DNA of 40,166 nt from an uncultured Actinomycetota bacterium (GCA_964592775.1 CAZQFX010000004.1:1-40166), one strand, 5' to 3'. Shown: positions 8,248 to 16,917, numbered from the stretch's first letter. Notes: generated by a model not told the origin, from the sequence alone. A program made the numbers and translations.

Positions 8248-8364
8248 GGTTCTTCTCCGAGAAGTATACTTAACACCGTTGGGGTCAGTCATTCATGAAT
8301 CGAAGATCGATACTGCCCCTTCTGACTTACCTTCACATTCACCCACGCTTCTCGCATAAGAACC
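8248..8364. repeat. 117-bp unit bounded by inverted F1 arms
   Basis: GGTTCTTCTCCGAGAAG (8248-8264, +) and GGTTCTTATGCGAGAAGCGTGGGTG (8340-8364, read on -). The interior carries CGAAGATCGATAC (8301-8313). The left arm overlaps the -35 position of a minus-strand TATAAT (8235-8240) upstream of the 7717..8175 gene. Confidence 0.55.
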
Positions 8365-8433
8365 ATCCGCGGAAACGGTGCATCGTGAAGTCTCTCATCT
8401 CAATCCCGATCCAGGTCTGGCCCCAGGGCGGGA

Positions 8434-8931
8434 CTACGGGGTGGCGCACTCGCCTTCGTCGCCGCGGAGCTTCTCGAGCCCGTGGGGAAGGGCGGGGAGG
8501 ATGACCTCCAGGTTCTCCTTCGCCCCGCGCGGGCTGCCCGGCAGGTTGATTATGAGCGTGGAACCGCGTATGCCGCTCACGGCGCGGGAGAGCATGGCGT
8601 GAGGGGTCACCCGCTGCGAGGCGGCGCGCATGGCCTCCGCGAACCCCGGTGCCTTCCTGTCTATCACGCGCAACGTTGCCTCGGGGGTGACATCACGGGG
8701 GCTCAAGCCGGTGCCTCCCGTGGTGAGGACCAGGTCCGCACCGAGCTCGTCGCAGTAGGACCTGAGTTTCATCTCCACATCGCCCGCTTCGTCGGGGACG
8801 ACGTCACGGGCCACCACCAGCCAGCCCATGCGCAGGACCTCCTGCTCCACGGCCAGGCCGGAGAGGTCCTCCCTCTCCCCCCGCGAGCCCTTGTCGCTCA
8901 CCGTTAGGATGGCCACCCGGAACTTTTTCAT
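8434..8931 (-). CDS. mog: molybdopterin adenylyltransferase MogA/MoaB
   Basis: Internal start MKKFRVAILTVSDKGS within ORF 8434..9057. The motifs LVLTTGGTGLSPRD and INLPGSP are present. ATGA overlap with the upstream MOSC gene. Confidence 0.9.
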   Translation of the reverse strand: MKKFRVAILTVSDKGSRGEREDLSGLAVEQEVLRMGWLVVARDVVPDEAGDVEMKLRSYCDELGADLVLTTGGTGLSPRDVTPEATLRVIDRKAPGFAEAMRAASQRVTPHAMLSRAVSGIRGSTLIINLPGSPRGAKENLEVILPALPHGLEKLRGDEGECATP

Positions 8932-9374
8932 GGCTCCACCACCCTTATCTCGTCGCCGGGCTTGACCGTCCCCCCCATGACAACGCGGGCGAAGATGCCC
9001 TCGCGGGGCATGATGCAATCCCCCGCCGCATAGTAGATGGCGCAGCGGTCCACGCACTCCTTGCCTATCTGGGTCACCTCGAGCAGGACCTCGCCCCCGA
9101 CCCTCAGGAGGTCGCCGATACCCAGGGACGCCAGGTCGATGTCCCTGGTGAGCAGGTTCTCGCCGAAAGCCCCCGGCCGCAGGTCCTCCAGGCCCATGGC
9201 GCGCATCTTGTCCACGCTCTCCTCGGCGAGGAGGCTCACCTGGCGGTGGCCGAAGCCGGAGTGGGCGTCCCCCTCGATGCCCCTCTCCTCCACGAGCAGC
9301 GCTTCCTCCACGGCGTCTTTCTGCACGTGCTTCTCGGCGCTGGTGCAGACGGCGATTATCAAGGGCTCAGCCAT
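8928..9374 (-). CDS. MOSC domain-containing protein
   Basis: 148 aa. GIEGDAH..HRQVSLL..GENL..G motif series of the MOSC beta-barrel. It sits between moaC and mog. Confidence 0.85.
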   Translation of the reverse strand: MAEPLIIAVCTSAEKHVQKDAVEEALLVEERGIEGDAHSGFGHRQVSLLAEESVDKMRAMGLEDLRPGAFGENLLTRDIDLASLGIGDLLRVGGEVLLEVTQIGKECVDRCAIYYAAGDCIMPREGIFARVVMGGTVKPGDEIRVVEP

Positions 9375-9386
9375 TATTTGCCATCC

Positions 9387-9890
9387 TCATTCGCGCGTGT
9401 ACGTGCCGGACCTGCCGCCGCTCTTCTTCAACAGTTGCACGGAGGTGATGGTCATGGAGCGGTCGACGGCCTTGCACATATCGTAGATGGTGAGCGCCGC
9501 CACCGCCGCCCCGGTCAAGGCCTCCATTTCCGCGCCGGTGCGGTCCCTGGTCCTGGCGGTGGCGGTGGCGGTGATGGTCGAGTTCTTCCTGTCCACCTCG
9601 AAGCCCATCTCCACTGAGGTGATGGCGATGGGATGGCACATTGGTATGAGCTCACTCGTCTTCTTGGCGGCCATGATCCCCGCGAGTCGCGCCGTGCCCA
9701 GCACGTCGCCCTTCTCTATCCCCGACTCCAGGATGAGGTCCAGGGTCGCTTTCTCCATGCTGATGCTCGCCCTGGCCGTAGCGGTACGCGCCGTCACCCG
9801 CTTGGAGGATACGTCCACCATCCCCGCCTTGCCCTTCTCGTCCAGGTGGGTAAGCTTCTTGCCGACGGGCTGCCTTCTTTCCGCGCTCAC
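9387..9890 (-). CDS. moaC: cyclic pyranopterin monophosphate synthase MoaC
   Basis: 167 aa. GTG start with GGAGG inside the moaA 3' end. The motifs MVDVS.K..T.R.A, GDVL and IPMCHP of MoaC are present. Confidence 0.95.
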   Translation of the reverse strand: MSAERRQPVGKKLTHLDEKGKAGMVDVSSKRVTARTATARASISMEKATLDLILESGIEKGDVLGTARLAGIMAAKKTSELIPMCHPIAITSVEMGFEVDRKNSTITATATARTRDRTGAEMEALTGAAVAALTIYDMCKAVDRSMTITSVQLLKKSGGRSGTYTRE

Positions 9891-9891
9891 C

Positions 9892-10863
9892 TCAGCCTCC
9901 TATCTGGGACATCTTCCGGTTGGGCGATTCCGAAAAGCCGCCGTGGTCGCGCGGCTTACGGGAGAGCGAGAGGCGGATGGCCTCGAGCACGGGCGCGTCG
10001 TCCTCGCTCGCGCGCAGGATGCCGCGCATGTCGTCCTCGTCCTTCGAGAAGAGGCAGGGCCGCATCTTGCCGTCCGCCGTGAGGCGCAGGCGGTTGCACT
10101 GGGGGCAGAAATGCGAGCTCACGGGGGATATGAAGCCCATCATGCCGTGTGCTCCCGGCAGGCTGAAGTAGCGCGCGGGGCCGGCACCCGCCGGCGGCTC
10201 TGACGACGTGAGGTCCCCGTGCCGGGCGAGGCGGCTCTTCACCTCCTCGGCGGAGACGTAATAAGAGTTGTCGAACACGCCGCAGGGGCTCATGTACTCA
10301 ATAAATCTCACGTGCACCGGCAGGCGGCGGATGAGGTCGACGAAGGCGTCGAGCTCGTCGTAGAGGTGCTCGAGCACCACCACGTTTATCTTCACCGGCT
10401 CCAGGCCGGCGTCGAGCGCCGCCTCCACCCCGGCGAGGGCTTGCGCGAGTTCGCCGGTGCGCGTGATGCGCCGGTAGATGCCGGGGTCCAGCGAGTCGAT
10501 GCTCACGTTCACCCGCCTCAGGCCGGCGGCGGCGAGCTTCTCCGCCTGTTCGGCCAGCAGGATGCCGTTGGTGGTGAGGGATATGTCCACATCCGGGCGC
10601 TGGGCCGATATCTCGCCGATGAGGTGGTCGAGGTCCTTGCGCACCAGGGGCTCACCCCCGGTGAGGCGCACCTTTCTTATCCCCGCCCGCACGGCCACGC
10701 GCAAAAAACGCGCGATCTCCTCGTAGGTGAGGATGTCTGAGTGCCGCAGGCGGGGCACTCCCTCGGGGGGCATGCAGTACACGCACCTCAGGTTGCAGCG
10801 GTCGGTGACCGCTAGACGCAGGTAGTCTATGTGCCTGGAATAGAGGTCTACGAGCGAGGTCAT
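9892..10863 (-). CDS. moaA: GTP 3',8-cyclase MoaA (radical SAM)
   Basis: Internal start MTSLVDLYSRHIDYLRLAVTDRCNLRCVYCMP (CxxxCxxC) within ORF 9892..10944. C-terminal CxxCNRLRLTADG cluster motif. RBS AAGGGAAGAGG. Confidence 0.95.
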   Translation of the reverse strand: MTSLVDLYSRHIDYLRLAVTDRCNLRCVYCMPPEGVPRLRHSDILTYEEIARFLRVAVRAGIRKVRLTGGEPLVRKDLDHLIGEISAQRPDVDISLTTNGILLAEQAEKLAAAGLRRVNVSIDSLDPGIYRRITRTGELAQALAGVEAALDAGLEPVKINVVVLEHLYDELDAFVDLIRRLPVHVRFIEYMSPCGVFDNSYYVSAEEVKSRLARHGDLTSSEPPAGAGPARYFSLPGAHGMMGFISPVSSHFCPQCNRLRLTADGKMRPCLFSKDEDDMRGILRASEDDAPVLEAIRLSLSRKPRDHGGFSESPNRKMSQIGG

Positions 10864-10882
10864 GCCGCCTCTTCCCTTAGCG

Positions 10883-10909
10883 TAAAAAATACGGCGAACC
10901 CGATTCGCC
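10883..10909 (-). terminator. intrinsic terminator/attenuator immediately upstream of the moaA RBS
   Basis: The minus strand reads GGCGAA-UCGGG-UUCGCC followed by GUAUUUUUUA. It ends about 10 nt before the moaA Shine-Dalgarno sequence. Confidence 0.6.
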
Positions 10910-10954
10910 ACATGATTAAAACACCGCCTATGCAGGTTTTTCACTCATTAGGGA

Positions 10955-10963
10955 ATTATAACA
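10955..10963 (-). promoter_or_regulatory. extended -10 promoter TGTTATAAT for the moaA leader
   Basis: The minus strand reads TGT-TATAAT. There is no good -35. It predicts a leader of about 95 nt containing the terminator above. Confidence 0.45.
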
Positions 10964-11318
10964 CAGGACTCAACAGGAACTGATGATGGCCGCCTATCTA
11001 TTAGTCTGAAGGTCGAGGTACGCAGCAGTACGCAGCAGTGCAAATATGGAGCCCCCTAATTCTTTGGGCACGGAGCCTGTTGCAAAAACCTCGTACGAAT
11101 CCCGCTCTCCCGGAATCGCGGCAAAACAGGCATCGTAATGGAGGGCGAACCGTCAATAACGGGCCGTTTCGGTGAATATGCGGAGAGCGATATGTCTGGC
11201 GCGGGGTTTGTGCGGCAGCCTCCGCGTTATTGTCTTGACGATGATCGTTTATGGGGTGGCTCTTTGCAAGAGACAGGCGAAAACAAGGTAAGAGCTCCGG
11301 ACCTCGTCCAGCGCGCTT

Positions 11319-12464
11319 TTACTGCGGCTTTTCACATAGTTGCCGCAGGAGCGAGGCTATCTCGCGGGAGGCGCGCTCGAGGAGGGAGCCTGCCCGGCGG
11401 ATGCTCTCCTCCAGGCCCATGGGGCCGCGGGCGATGCCCAGCATGGCGGTGACCCCCAGCTCGCGCAAGGCCTCGGCGCCCTCCGCAACCTCTCCCGCCA
11501 GGGCCAGGACGGGGATGCCGTGCCGCCTGGCGGACCGCGCCACCCCGGTCACCGTCTTGCCGTAGGCGGTCTGGGCGTCCAGCCTGCCCTCCCCGGTCAC
11601 CGCCAGGCCGCAGCCGGAGAGCTTCTCCTCGAACCCCACCGCTTCGGCGACCACCTCGATTCCGGGCCTTATCTCCGCCCCCAGGAAGGCCATGAGCCCG
11701 AAGCCCAGGCCTCCCGCCGCGCCGGCCCCCGGCTTGTTCTCCAATCCGGGCAGCAGGGTGGACGAGACCACCTCGGCCAGCCTGGCCAGGCCGCTCTCCA
11801 GCAGCTCCACGTCGTATTCGCTGGCGCCCTTCTGGGGACCGTAGACGCGCGAGGCCCCGGCATCTCCCAGCAGCGGGTTGGTGACGTCGGAGGCCACCAC
11901 GATCTCCGTCTTGAGCACGCGGGGATCAAGCCCGCTCAAGTCCATGCTCTCCAGGTTGTTGAGGTAGATCGCCCCCGGAGAGAGGACGTCGCCGTAGTCG
12001 TCCAGGAAGCGCACCCCCAGGGCCGACGCCATGCCTGCGCCGCCGTCGTTGGTGGCGCTGCCACCGATACCCACGATGATGCGCCGCATCCCCATGTCCA
12101 GGGCGGCGCGGATGAGGTCTCCCGTGCCGATCGTTGTCGTATAACGGGGATCGCGCTTGTCGGGCGGGACCAGCACCAGCCCCGAGGCCGCGGCCATCTC
12201 CACCACCGCGGTCCGCCCGTCATCCAGGATGCCCAGGAGCGCCCGGCGCGGCTCGCCCAGGGGTCCGGTCACCTCGCGCTCTACCGTCCTGCCGCCGGTG
12301 GCGTGAACAAGCACCTCGAGGGTGCCCTCGCCGCCGTCGGCGAGGGGGCAGGTGATGAGCTCGGCGCCGGGCCAGCCCGCGGAGAACCCCCGCGCCATGG
12401 CCCCGGCCGCCTCGCGCGAGGCAAGGGAGCCCTTGAACTTATCGGGAGCGATGACGATGCGCAT
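11319..12464 (-). CDS. glxK: glycerate kinase
   Basis: Internal start MRIVIAPDKFKGSL (GAGG 8 nt upstream) within ORF 11319..12638. The motifs PLADGGEGT and GGSATNDGGAGM are typical of the glycerate kinase family. Confidence 0.9.
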   Translation of the reverse strand: MRIVIAPDKFKGSLASREAAGAMARGFSAGWPGAELITCPLADGGEGTLEVLVHATGGRTVEREVTGPLGEPRRALLGILDDGRTAVVEMAAASGLVLVPPDKRDPRYTTTIGTGDLIRAALDMGMRRIIVGIGGSATNDGGAGMASALGVRFLDDYGDVLSPGAIYLNNLESMDLSGLDPRVLKTEIVVASDVTNPLLGDAGASRVYGPQKGASEYDVELLESGLARLAEVVSSTLLPGLENKPGAGAAGGLGFGLMAFLGAEIRPGIEVVAEAVGFEEKLSGCGLAVTGEGRLDAQTAYGKTVTGVARSARRHGIPVLALAGEVAEGAEALRELGVTAMLGIARGPMGLEESIRRAGSLLERASREIASLLRQLCEKPQ

Positions 12465-12655
12465 ATACATACCTCGGTTCGAAAGCGCGATCGCATTAGA
12501 GTACCACTCCATCCACGCCGGAGGAGTTCGTCCCCCTGCGATGTGCTCGCAGAGTACACGTCGGTCATCTGCCTTGACGGCGCGGCGCCCCATACCCTCG
12601 GTGCATGGCCATGCCTGCGAACCGAGGTACGGCTGCACCTGGATCCAGGGAGGCC

Positions 12656-13468
12656 TCAGGGTAGGCTACGGGCCACCGCCTCTTCCTCCTTGTACTGGTC
12701 GAGGCGCGAGAGGAGCAGGTCCCAATCCACCTCGTGCCCGTCGAACTCGGGGCCGTCCACGCAGGCGAAGCGGGTCTTTCCCGCCACCTCGCAGCGGCAG
12801 GTGCCGCACATGCCCGTGCCGTCCAGCATGATGGAGTTAAGGCTCACCCTGGTGGGCACCCCGAACTCCCGCGTCACCGCGCTGGAGAACTTCATCATGA
12901 TCGCCGGGCCGATGGCGATGACCGGGCCGGCGCGCTCCTTTTTGAGTACTTCTTCCAGGGCCCAGGTGACCCGGCCTTTCATCCCCTTCGTGCCGTCGTC
13001 GGTGGTCAGGATTAGCTCGTCCGTCACCGCGGCCATCTCCTCCTCCAGGATGAGCAGGTCGGCGCTGCGGGCGCCGATGATGCCGGTGACGCGGTTGCCC
13101 GCGTCGCGCAGCGCGCGGCATATGGGGTGTATGGCGGCGATGCCCACGCCGCCCCCCACGCAGACCACGTGCCCGCCCTCGCATATCTCCGCCGGACGGC
13201 CCAGCGGGCCGACGAGGTCGAGGATGGCGTCGCCCTCGGCCATGAGGCTGAGCTTGCGGGTGGAGCGCCCCACCACCTGCAGCACCAGGCGGATCCACCC
13301 CTCCTCGGGAGACCAGTCGCAGAGGGTGAGGGGGAATCTTTCCCCCGTCTCGTCCAGACGCAGGATGACGAACTGGCCGGCGACGGCCCGCCTGGCGATG
13401 TCCGGGGCTGCCACGTTCACCGAGAAGACGGTTTCGGCGAGCTGCACCTTCTTCGTGATCTCGAACAT
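12656..13468 (-). CDS. NfnA/SudB-like FAD/NAD(P)-binding ferredoxin-NADP reductase subunit with C-terminal [2Fe-2S] Cys motif
   Basis: 270 aa. FNR-like fold (GQFVILR, VCVGGGVGIAAI) and C-terminal GTGMCGTCRC...CVDGPEF. The ATG overlaps the cooC stop (TGATG). Confidence 0.85.
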   Translation of the reverse strand: MFEITKKVQLAETVFSVNVAAPDIARRAVAGQFVILRLDETGERFPLTLCDWSPEEGWIRLVLQVVGRSTRKLSLMAEGDAILDLVGPLGRPAEICEGGHVVCVGGGVGIAAIHPICRALRDAGNRVTGIIGARSADLLILEEEMAAVTDELILTTDDGTKGMKGRVTWALEEVLKKERAGPVIAIGPAIMMKFSSAVTREFGVPTRVSLNSIMLDGTGMCGTCRCEVAGKTRFACVDGPEFDGHEVDWDLLLSRLDQYKEEEAVARSLP

Positions 13469-14253
13469 CAGGCCTCCCTTCCGAGTTCCCGGAAAAGGCT
13501 GTTTTTAATGGCGCGCACCTCGTCCACGAAGTCCGGGTCGGCGTCGTAGGGGCTGGTCCCCTCCAGGTCGGAGCGGCGGATGTTCTGGTTGTAGGAGATG
13601 GAGCCCAGGTAGGGCAGCCCGTCCAGCCTGTCCTTCACCATCCGCTCCTCCTCCGGACCCTGCACCTTGTTGAGGACCACGAATATGCGCCGCACCTTGA
13701 GGTCGGAGGCCAGCTTGCGGATGGTGGTCGCCGTCTGCACGCTGCGCATCCCCGGCTCGGTGACCACGATCATGGCGTCCACCGCGCCGGCGGTGCCCCG
13801 GCCCAGGTGCTCGAGGCCGGCCTCCATGTCCAAGATGACCACGTCGTCGCGTGCGAGCAGGAGGTGCTGTAGCAGGGCCTTGAGCATCACCGACTCGGGG
13901 CAGACGCAGCCGCCCCCGCCCTCCTTCACCGTGCCCATGACCAGAAGGCGCACGCCGGCGTGGATCTTGGAAAGGGCTTCGGGCAGGTCGTCCACCTTGG
14001 GATTCATCTTGAAATAGGTGCCGAAGGTCCCGGGCTTGGAGCCGGTTCTCTCCGCCACCAGCTCCTTCATGTCGGCTATGGGCACTACGCCGGACATGTC
14101 TTCTGCGGAGATGCCGAGGCTGGAGGCCAGGTTGGCATCGGGGTCGGCGTCCACGGCTATGACGTTGAAACCCTCGTCCGCCAGCAGCCGGGCCAGACCT
14201 CCTGCCAGGGTGGTCTTGCCCACTCCCCCCTTGCCGGTCACTGCGATCTTCAA
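13468..14253 (-). CDS. cooC: CooC-type nickel-insertion ATPase (CODH maturation factor family)
   Basis: TTG 14253 gives MKIAVTGKGGVGKTT (deviant Walker A), preceded by GAGGGAGGGAG. The CxC motif GGGCVCPE is present. The track start TTG 14283 is less likely. Confidence 0.85.
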   Translation of the reverse strand: MKIAVTGKGGVGKTTLAGGLARLLADEGFNVIAVDADPDANLASSLGISAEDMSGVVPIADMKELVAERTGSKPGTFGTYFKMNPKVDDLPEALSKIHAGVRLLVMGTVKEGGGGCVCPESVMLKALLQHLLLARDDVVILDMEAGLEHLGRGTAGAVDAMIVVTEPGMRSVQTATTIRKLASDLKVRRIFVVLNKVQGPEEERMVKDRLDGLPYLGSISYNQNIRRSDLEGTSPYDADPDFVDEVRAIKNSLFRELGREA

Positions 14254-14316
14254 CTGCGGCTCCCTCCCTCGCGGTCCTTTCAAGTCATCCCGTCAAGGTG
14301 GATTATATTACAGACT

Positions 14317-14437
14317 CAGGCCGAGGGGTCGAGCCTCGGCCTGGCGCAAACGACTATACGCGGCTGTTGTGGGATTATCTCCCAAGTGCACCCGTATCGA
14401 TACTGCCTTACGGGCAGATTCCGAGGCTCGACCCGCC
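14317..14437. repeat. inverted pair of the GGCCGAGGGGTCGAGCCTCGG repeat (F2)
   Basis: CAGGCCGAGGGGTCGAGCCTCGGCCTGG lies at 14317-14344. GGGTCGAGCCTCGG (14326-14339) is the exact reverse complement of 14421-14434. The interior holds GTATCGATAC. A tandem GACCCGCCAGG x2 follows (14430-14453). Confidence 0.7.
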
Positions 14438-14627
14438 AGGCGACCCGCCAGGCCTGACGGCACCCCGGCTCGATACGGAAGAACCAAGAAGGCGAGCGGA
14501 GAGGGGCCATGTTGCGGGCTTCCGTGAAGTGCTCAGCAAACCGGACCCTATCCGGCCGGTCACCCGCCGCTGTTGCCACCGCCCATCTCGTTACCATGGA
14601 GTGAGACGCTTTTGGCGGGTTCTTTTC

Positions 14628-14739
14628 CCTGCCGCCCTTCCTGCGCTCCTCCGGCGGCTGCAACTCCCGCATCAACGCCTGCCCGGCCCGGATGCTCTTG
14701 ACCTGCCGCCCTTCCTGCGCTCCTCCGGCGGCTGCAACT
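14628..14739. repeat. perfect 38-bp direct repeat, copies 74 bp apart (14628-14665 and 14702-14739)
   Basis: CCTGCCGCCCTTCCTGCGCTCCTCCGGCGGCTGCAACT occurs twice. Copy 2 lies inside the CBS gene 3' end and copy 1 just past its stop. Confidence 0.9.
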
Positions 14740-15193
14740 GCGCGGGAGCTACCTGGTCGCGCCACATCAGGGAACGCGCCACGTCCACGGTGGAGAGGCT
14801 CCCCGCCAGCCTGCCCCCGCTGACCACCGGAAGGGTCTTGCCCCCGCTCTCGAGCAGTTGCCCGAAGGCGCTTTCCAGGGACTGCTCCGGGTCGAGGAAC
14901 CTCTCCACCTCGCGCATGACCTCTTTTACCTTGAGATGGGGGAGGAGGTCGGTGGAGCGCCGGTGGGGATGAAGCCGGGAGGGGGAGCCGCCCCTGGCCA
15001 TGAGCTCGTCGTATTCGGGGATGAGGCAGCGCAGGAGGTCCTCGGCCCCCAGCATCCCCGAGACATGGCCTCCCGCGGCCACCACCACCAGTTCCCCGGC
15101 CTGGGTGAGGGCCATCCTCTCGGCGGCTTCCTTGATGGTGGCGTTATCGCGGATCTTTGGGGCATTGCGGTTCATCGCTTCCTTTACCTGCAT
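14672..15193 (-). CDS. CBS domain pair protein
   Basis: Internal start MQVKEAMNRNAPKIRDNATIKEAAERM with GGAGG RBS, within ORF 14672..15409. A second CBS module (VKEVMREVERFLDPEQSLESAF..LPVVSGGRLAGSLS) is present. The C-terminal tail is encoded by the 38-bp repeat. Confidence 0.8.
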   Translation of the reverse strand: MQVKEAMNRNAPKIRDNATIKEAAERMALTQAGELVVVAAGGHVSGMLGAEDLLRCLIPEYDELMARGGSPSRLHPHRRSTDLLPHLKVKEVMREVERFLDPEQSLESAFGQLLESGGKTLPVVSGGRLAGSLSTVDVARSLMWRDQVAPAQLQPPEERRKGGRSRASGPGRR

Positions 15194-15474
15194 CGCGCCT
15201 CCTTCGTCACCCTTTGCTCGCTCCGTATATATTATTCCCATCGGGGCGCCCGCATACGCGCCCGTGCCCGCCTTGATCGCGCTCTCGCCGGCTGATCGTA
15301 TGAGCTGTCGTAAGGGATCTAGCGTGAGCCGTAAGCTGGAAAATATGGTTTCTCGGGCTTCGGGCCTTGCGGGCATCCGTCGCGGCTTTTTCTCAGAAAA
15401 GATCGCCACGTCGCTTCGCTCCTCTCGGCAAGCTCCAGGCTATTCATGCATACATTCGTCTTATTTCTGTTTAC

Positions 15475-15502
15475 TCGACATTTTTCACCGTGATACTATT
15501 AT
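15475..15502 (+). promoter_or_regulatory. sigma70-like promoter TCGACA-16-TATTAT for the lipid kinase gene
   Basis: Read directly from the sequence. The predicted 5'UTR is about 20-25 nt. Confidence 0.4.
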
Positions 15503-15533
15503 CTCCCGGTTACACCAGGCAGGGGGTATGAGG

Positions 15534-16760
15534 ATGCCGAAGGCCGCAGACGAGAGAAGATACCTGGTCATAGTGAACCCCGTTTCGCGCGGCGGCAAAG
15601 CGCAGGAGGAGGGGATCTGGCTCCTCAACCGCCTCAAGAAAGCGGGGGTGGATTACGAGTTCCTCTTCACGGAGCGGGCGGGGCACGCCGAGGAGATGGT
15701 GGTTAAGTGGGCCGAGGATTTCGATGTCGTCGTCTCCGTCTCCGGTGACGGCACCACCAACGAGATCATCAACGGCATCATGAAGGTCCCCTCCGCCGAG
15801 TTGAGGCTGGCCATGTTCCCCGCCGGCACCGCGGACGATTTCGCCCGCAACATGGGTTACGACCGCAAAGACAAGGAGCAGGCCTTGCGCGCCATCCTGG
15901 GTGACTCCTGCCGCACCATCGACCTCATCCGTTACGACGACCGCTACGCCGCGGTCACCTGGGGCCTGGGGGTGGATTCGGAGATCGCCGACGGTGCTTA
16001 CAAGTGGAAGAGGTTCCGCATACCCGCCTACTTCTACAGCGGGCTGAGGAAATGCTTCTTCGAGGAGAAGAAGCGTTACCGCGTGCGCTTCGACTACGAA
16101 GGGCAGACCTTCGACGACTGGGTGCTCATCTCCATCCTCTGCAACGCGCCTGTCTTCGGACGGTACATCAGGATCAATCCTAACGCGAAGATGAACGACG
16201 GCTTGCTCGATCTCACCATAGGCAGGGAGATGCCCAACATCTACGGACTCGTCCTCTTCGGCTTCGCCTGCATGGGAGGAAGGCACGGTTTCTCCAGCCT
16301 GGTCTCCTTCCACGAGGTGCGCGAGATGCGGGTCGAGTGCAAGTCCGATACCTATGCGCAGATAGACGGGGAGGTGTACAGGTTCGAGGCGGGAAAGGTC
16401 ATCAACCTGTCGATGGTCTCACGGGCGCTGAAGGTCCTCGTGCCCGCGGAATCCCTCGCGGACAAGAAACTGCCCTTCGTATACCGGGAAGAGCCGCCGG
16501 AACCGGTACAACTGCGTCTCATCCCCAGGCGCGATGGGGTGGCAGAGGAACTGGAAGAGCTCTCCCGCAGGGTGAAGATGAGGGTGGAGCGGGCGCTGGA
16601 GACAAGGCGCTGGAAACCCGCTATGGCGAAGGGCGGGAGCGGGGAGGAGCAGGGGAGGCAGGAGGTCATGTTCAGGCAGCGGCGGGAGGAAAAGCGCGGC
16701 GCCCGCAGGGCCGCCAGGAGGATGAAGAAGGAAATGGAAGATCTGAGGAAAAAGGATTGA
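15534..16760 (+). CDS. diacylglycerol kinase-fold lipid kinase (YegS/BmrU family) with basic C-terminal tail
   Basis: In frame with ORF 15000..16760. MRMPKAADERRYLVIVNPVSRGGKA, and the SGDGTTNEIING motif. ATG 15534 has better spacing from AGGGGG than ATG 15528. The last ~90 aa are R/E/K-rich low complexity. Confidence 0.85.
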   Translation: MPKAADERRYLVIVNPVSRGGKAQEEGIWLLNRLKKAGVDYEFLFTERAGHAEEMVVKWAEDFDVVVSVSGDGTTNEIINGIMKVPSAELRLAMFPAGTADDFARNMGYDRKDKEQALRAILGDSCRTIDLIRYDDRYAAVTWGLGVDSEIADGAYKWKRFRIPAYFYSGLRKCFFEEKKRYRVRFDYEGQTFDDWVLISILCNAPVFGRYIRINPNAKMNDGLLDLTIGREMPNIYGLVLFGFACMGGRHGFSSLVSFHEVREMRVECKSDTYAQIDGEVYRFEAGKVINLSMVSRALKVLVPAESLADKKLPFVYREEPPEPVQLRLIPRRDGVAEELEELSRRVKMRVERALETRRWKPAMAKGGSGEEQGRQEVMFRQRREEKRGARRAARRMKKEMEDLRKKD

Positions 16761-16857
16761 GCGCATAGGCCGCTGGGCATGATATATATCAATATGTTGT
16801 TTAACGGGCCTGTCCGATTTGCTTGACATAGATAGTGCACTCTGATACTTTCAAAAC

Positions 16858-16917
16858 AACGGGTGGGAGCAAGTACATAGTCGTATGTGTGTTGCCCCAT
16901 TCGGGGCTGATTTTTTT
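16858..16917 (+). ncRNA. candidate small RNA (promoter + intrinsic terminator unit)
   Basis: TTGACA (16823-16828), a 17-nt spacer, then TGaTACTTT extended -10 (16843-16851). GCCCC-AUUC-GGGGC (16894-16907) is followed by UGAUUUUUUU (to 16917). There is no ORF and the region is AT-rich. Confidence 0.35.

Noticed and set aside
8295-8504. ORF 8295..8504 (+) and ORF 14316..14765 (-) inside repeat-filled gaps.
   Set aside because: They are built almost entirely from repeat-family sequence. They have no RBS, poor coding composition and no recognisable domains.
10864-11318. Moco riboswitch upstream of moaA.
   Set aside because: It is expected from context, but I could not locate the conserved Moco-motif blocks by eye. 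Only a terminator hairpin and promoter are supportable, so I left it as an unclassified leader.
9057-16760. Upstream extensions offered by the ORF track: mog from 9057, moaA from 10944, glxK from 12638, CBS from 15409, the lipid kinase from 15000, cooC from 14283 and GT4 from 30553.
   Set aside because: The extensions lack RBS, overlap upstream genes or leaders, and precede the conserved family N-termini. Internal starts with Shine-Dalgarno sequences were chosen instead.
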